DNA of 63,461 nucleotides, counting the filler, from Perkinsus chesapeaki ATCC PRA-425 (Eukaryota; Protista; Perkinsozoa), in NCBI GenBank assembly GCA_013115145.1. It is 15 parts of 15 records of this genome, joined end to end, with 100 filler letters (N's around TTAATTAATTAA, not from the genome) between each part and the next. Parts side by side here need not be neighbours in the genome. Positions count along the whole stretch, not along the records: positions 61,162 to 63,461 come from JAAPAO010001632.1; 14 more parts are not named here. The stretch is one strand, 5' to 3'. The notes beneath the pieces are model-generated. The model was not told the origin of the DNA. It saw only the letters and a list, made by a program, of their open reading frames with translations, and made no database searches. This document shows, one piece after another, positions 62,867 to 63,461 of this stretch. The stretch's first letter is position 1, and each line of letters begins with the position of its first letter. Position numbers and translations under genes: made by a program.

Positions 62867-63461
62867 GTTCGTTTCACTAAGTTGTGCAGCATGTGTTACC
62901 GTCGTGAGTTTCCGGATTGCTTGGTTTTGTGTTTGGCAATCGAATGTGTCGATGGTTTTGGATGGTGGTTTTAGATGCCCTTGCGGGAAGCGTTATTGCC
63001 CGTTTTAACGCGGTATAACGCGTTAAAATAGCCTCGTTTTACACGTGTAGTGAAAAACGCGTTTTTCTAACGCCATCACGCGTACTACGTGTTATAACGC
63101 GTTTTGACTCAAGCGTTAAACGCGTTATTGCGTTTTGCACTAGCGTTATCACGCGAAGTGATATGACTACACAACACATCGCGTTTTTCGCGTAAAACAC
63201 TTCACGTAAAACTGTTTTACGTGTTAAACAGGTGAAACTCCAATGAAGTTTTCTTTGGGTGATTGTCCGTGGAAGGCATATTCAGGACGGACGAAGTTGT
63301 ACTCGCGTGTGAACGTAGAAGAGTTGTGCTCGCTAAGGTTAGCAAGGGCACCCCTGTATGCACGGGAAAGAGGTACGCTCCTTGTTCCCCATGCTTTCCT
63401 CGATATAATGCTCTATACCTTTCTATTCACTACATTTATTATTATATAATACGAGTATAAT

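Larger units (their letters stand above)
61234..63241. mobile_element. PIF/Harbinger-type DNA transposon, apparently full length (2008 bp)
   Basis: TIR GGAGTTTCACC at 61234-61244 and GGTGAAACTCC at 63231-63241. AAT directly flanks both ends (61231-61233 and 63242-63244). It holds two divergent ORFs and subterminal repeats. Confidence 0.9.

Overview
This is eukaryotic, intron-rich DNA made of 15 unrelated contigs joined by an artificial N-TTAATTAATTAA-N linker. Short GT-AG introns and the gene families present suggest an alveolate such as Perkinsus, which is an inference from the sequence alone. Recognisable genes are a mitochondrial-type Lon protease, a secreted LpqC/PHB-depolymerase-type hydrolase, an ABCG transporter with a Cys-rich ectodomain, an S10 serine carboxypeptidase homologue, an amino acid transporter, a papain-family protease, a PPEF/rdgC-type phosphatase with EF-hands, a DnaJ/X-domain co-chaperone, a prolyl 4-hydroxylase-like 2OG oxygenase and a duplicated Cys-rich protein family. 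Mobile elements are a Ty3/gypsy pol, a DIRS/Ngaro-like RT fragment and an apparently complete PIF/Harbinger-type transposon with TIRs and an AAT target-site duplication. The most unusual signal is that many short spliceosomal introns are built from tRNA sequence: six in the phosphatase gene, one in the transporter gene and one further copy at 54.7 kb. They occur in both orientations, and in two cases the tRNA sequence itself supplies a splice site. This points to a possibly undescribed class of tRNA-derived introns. All gene models were read by eye and need RNA-seq confirmation.
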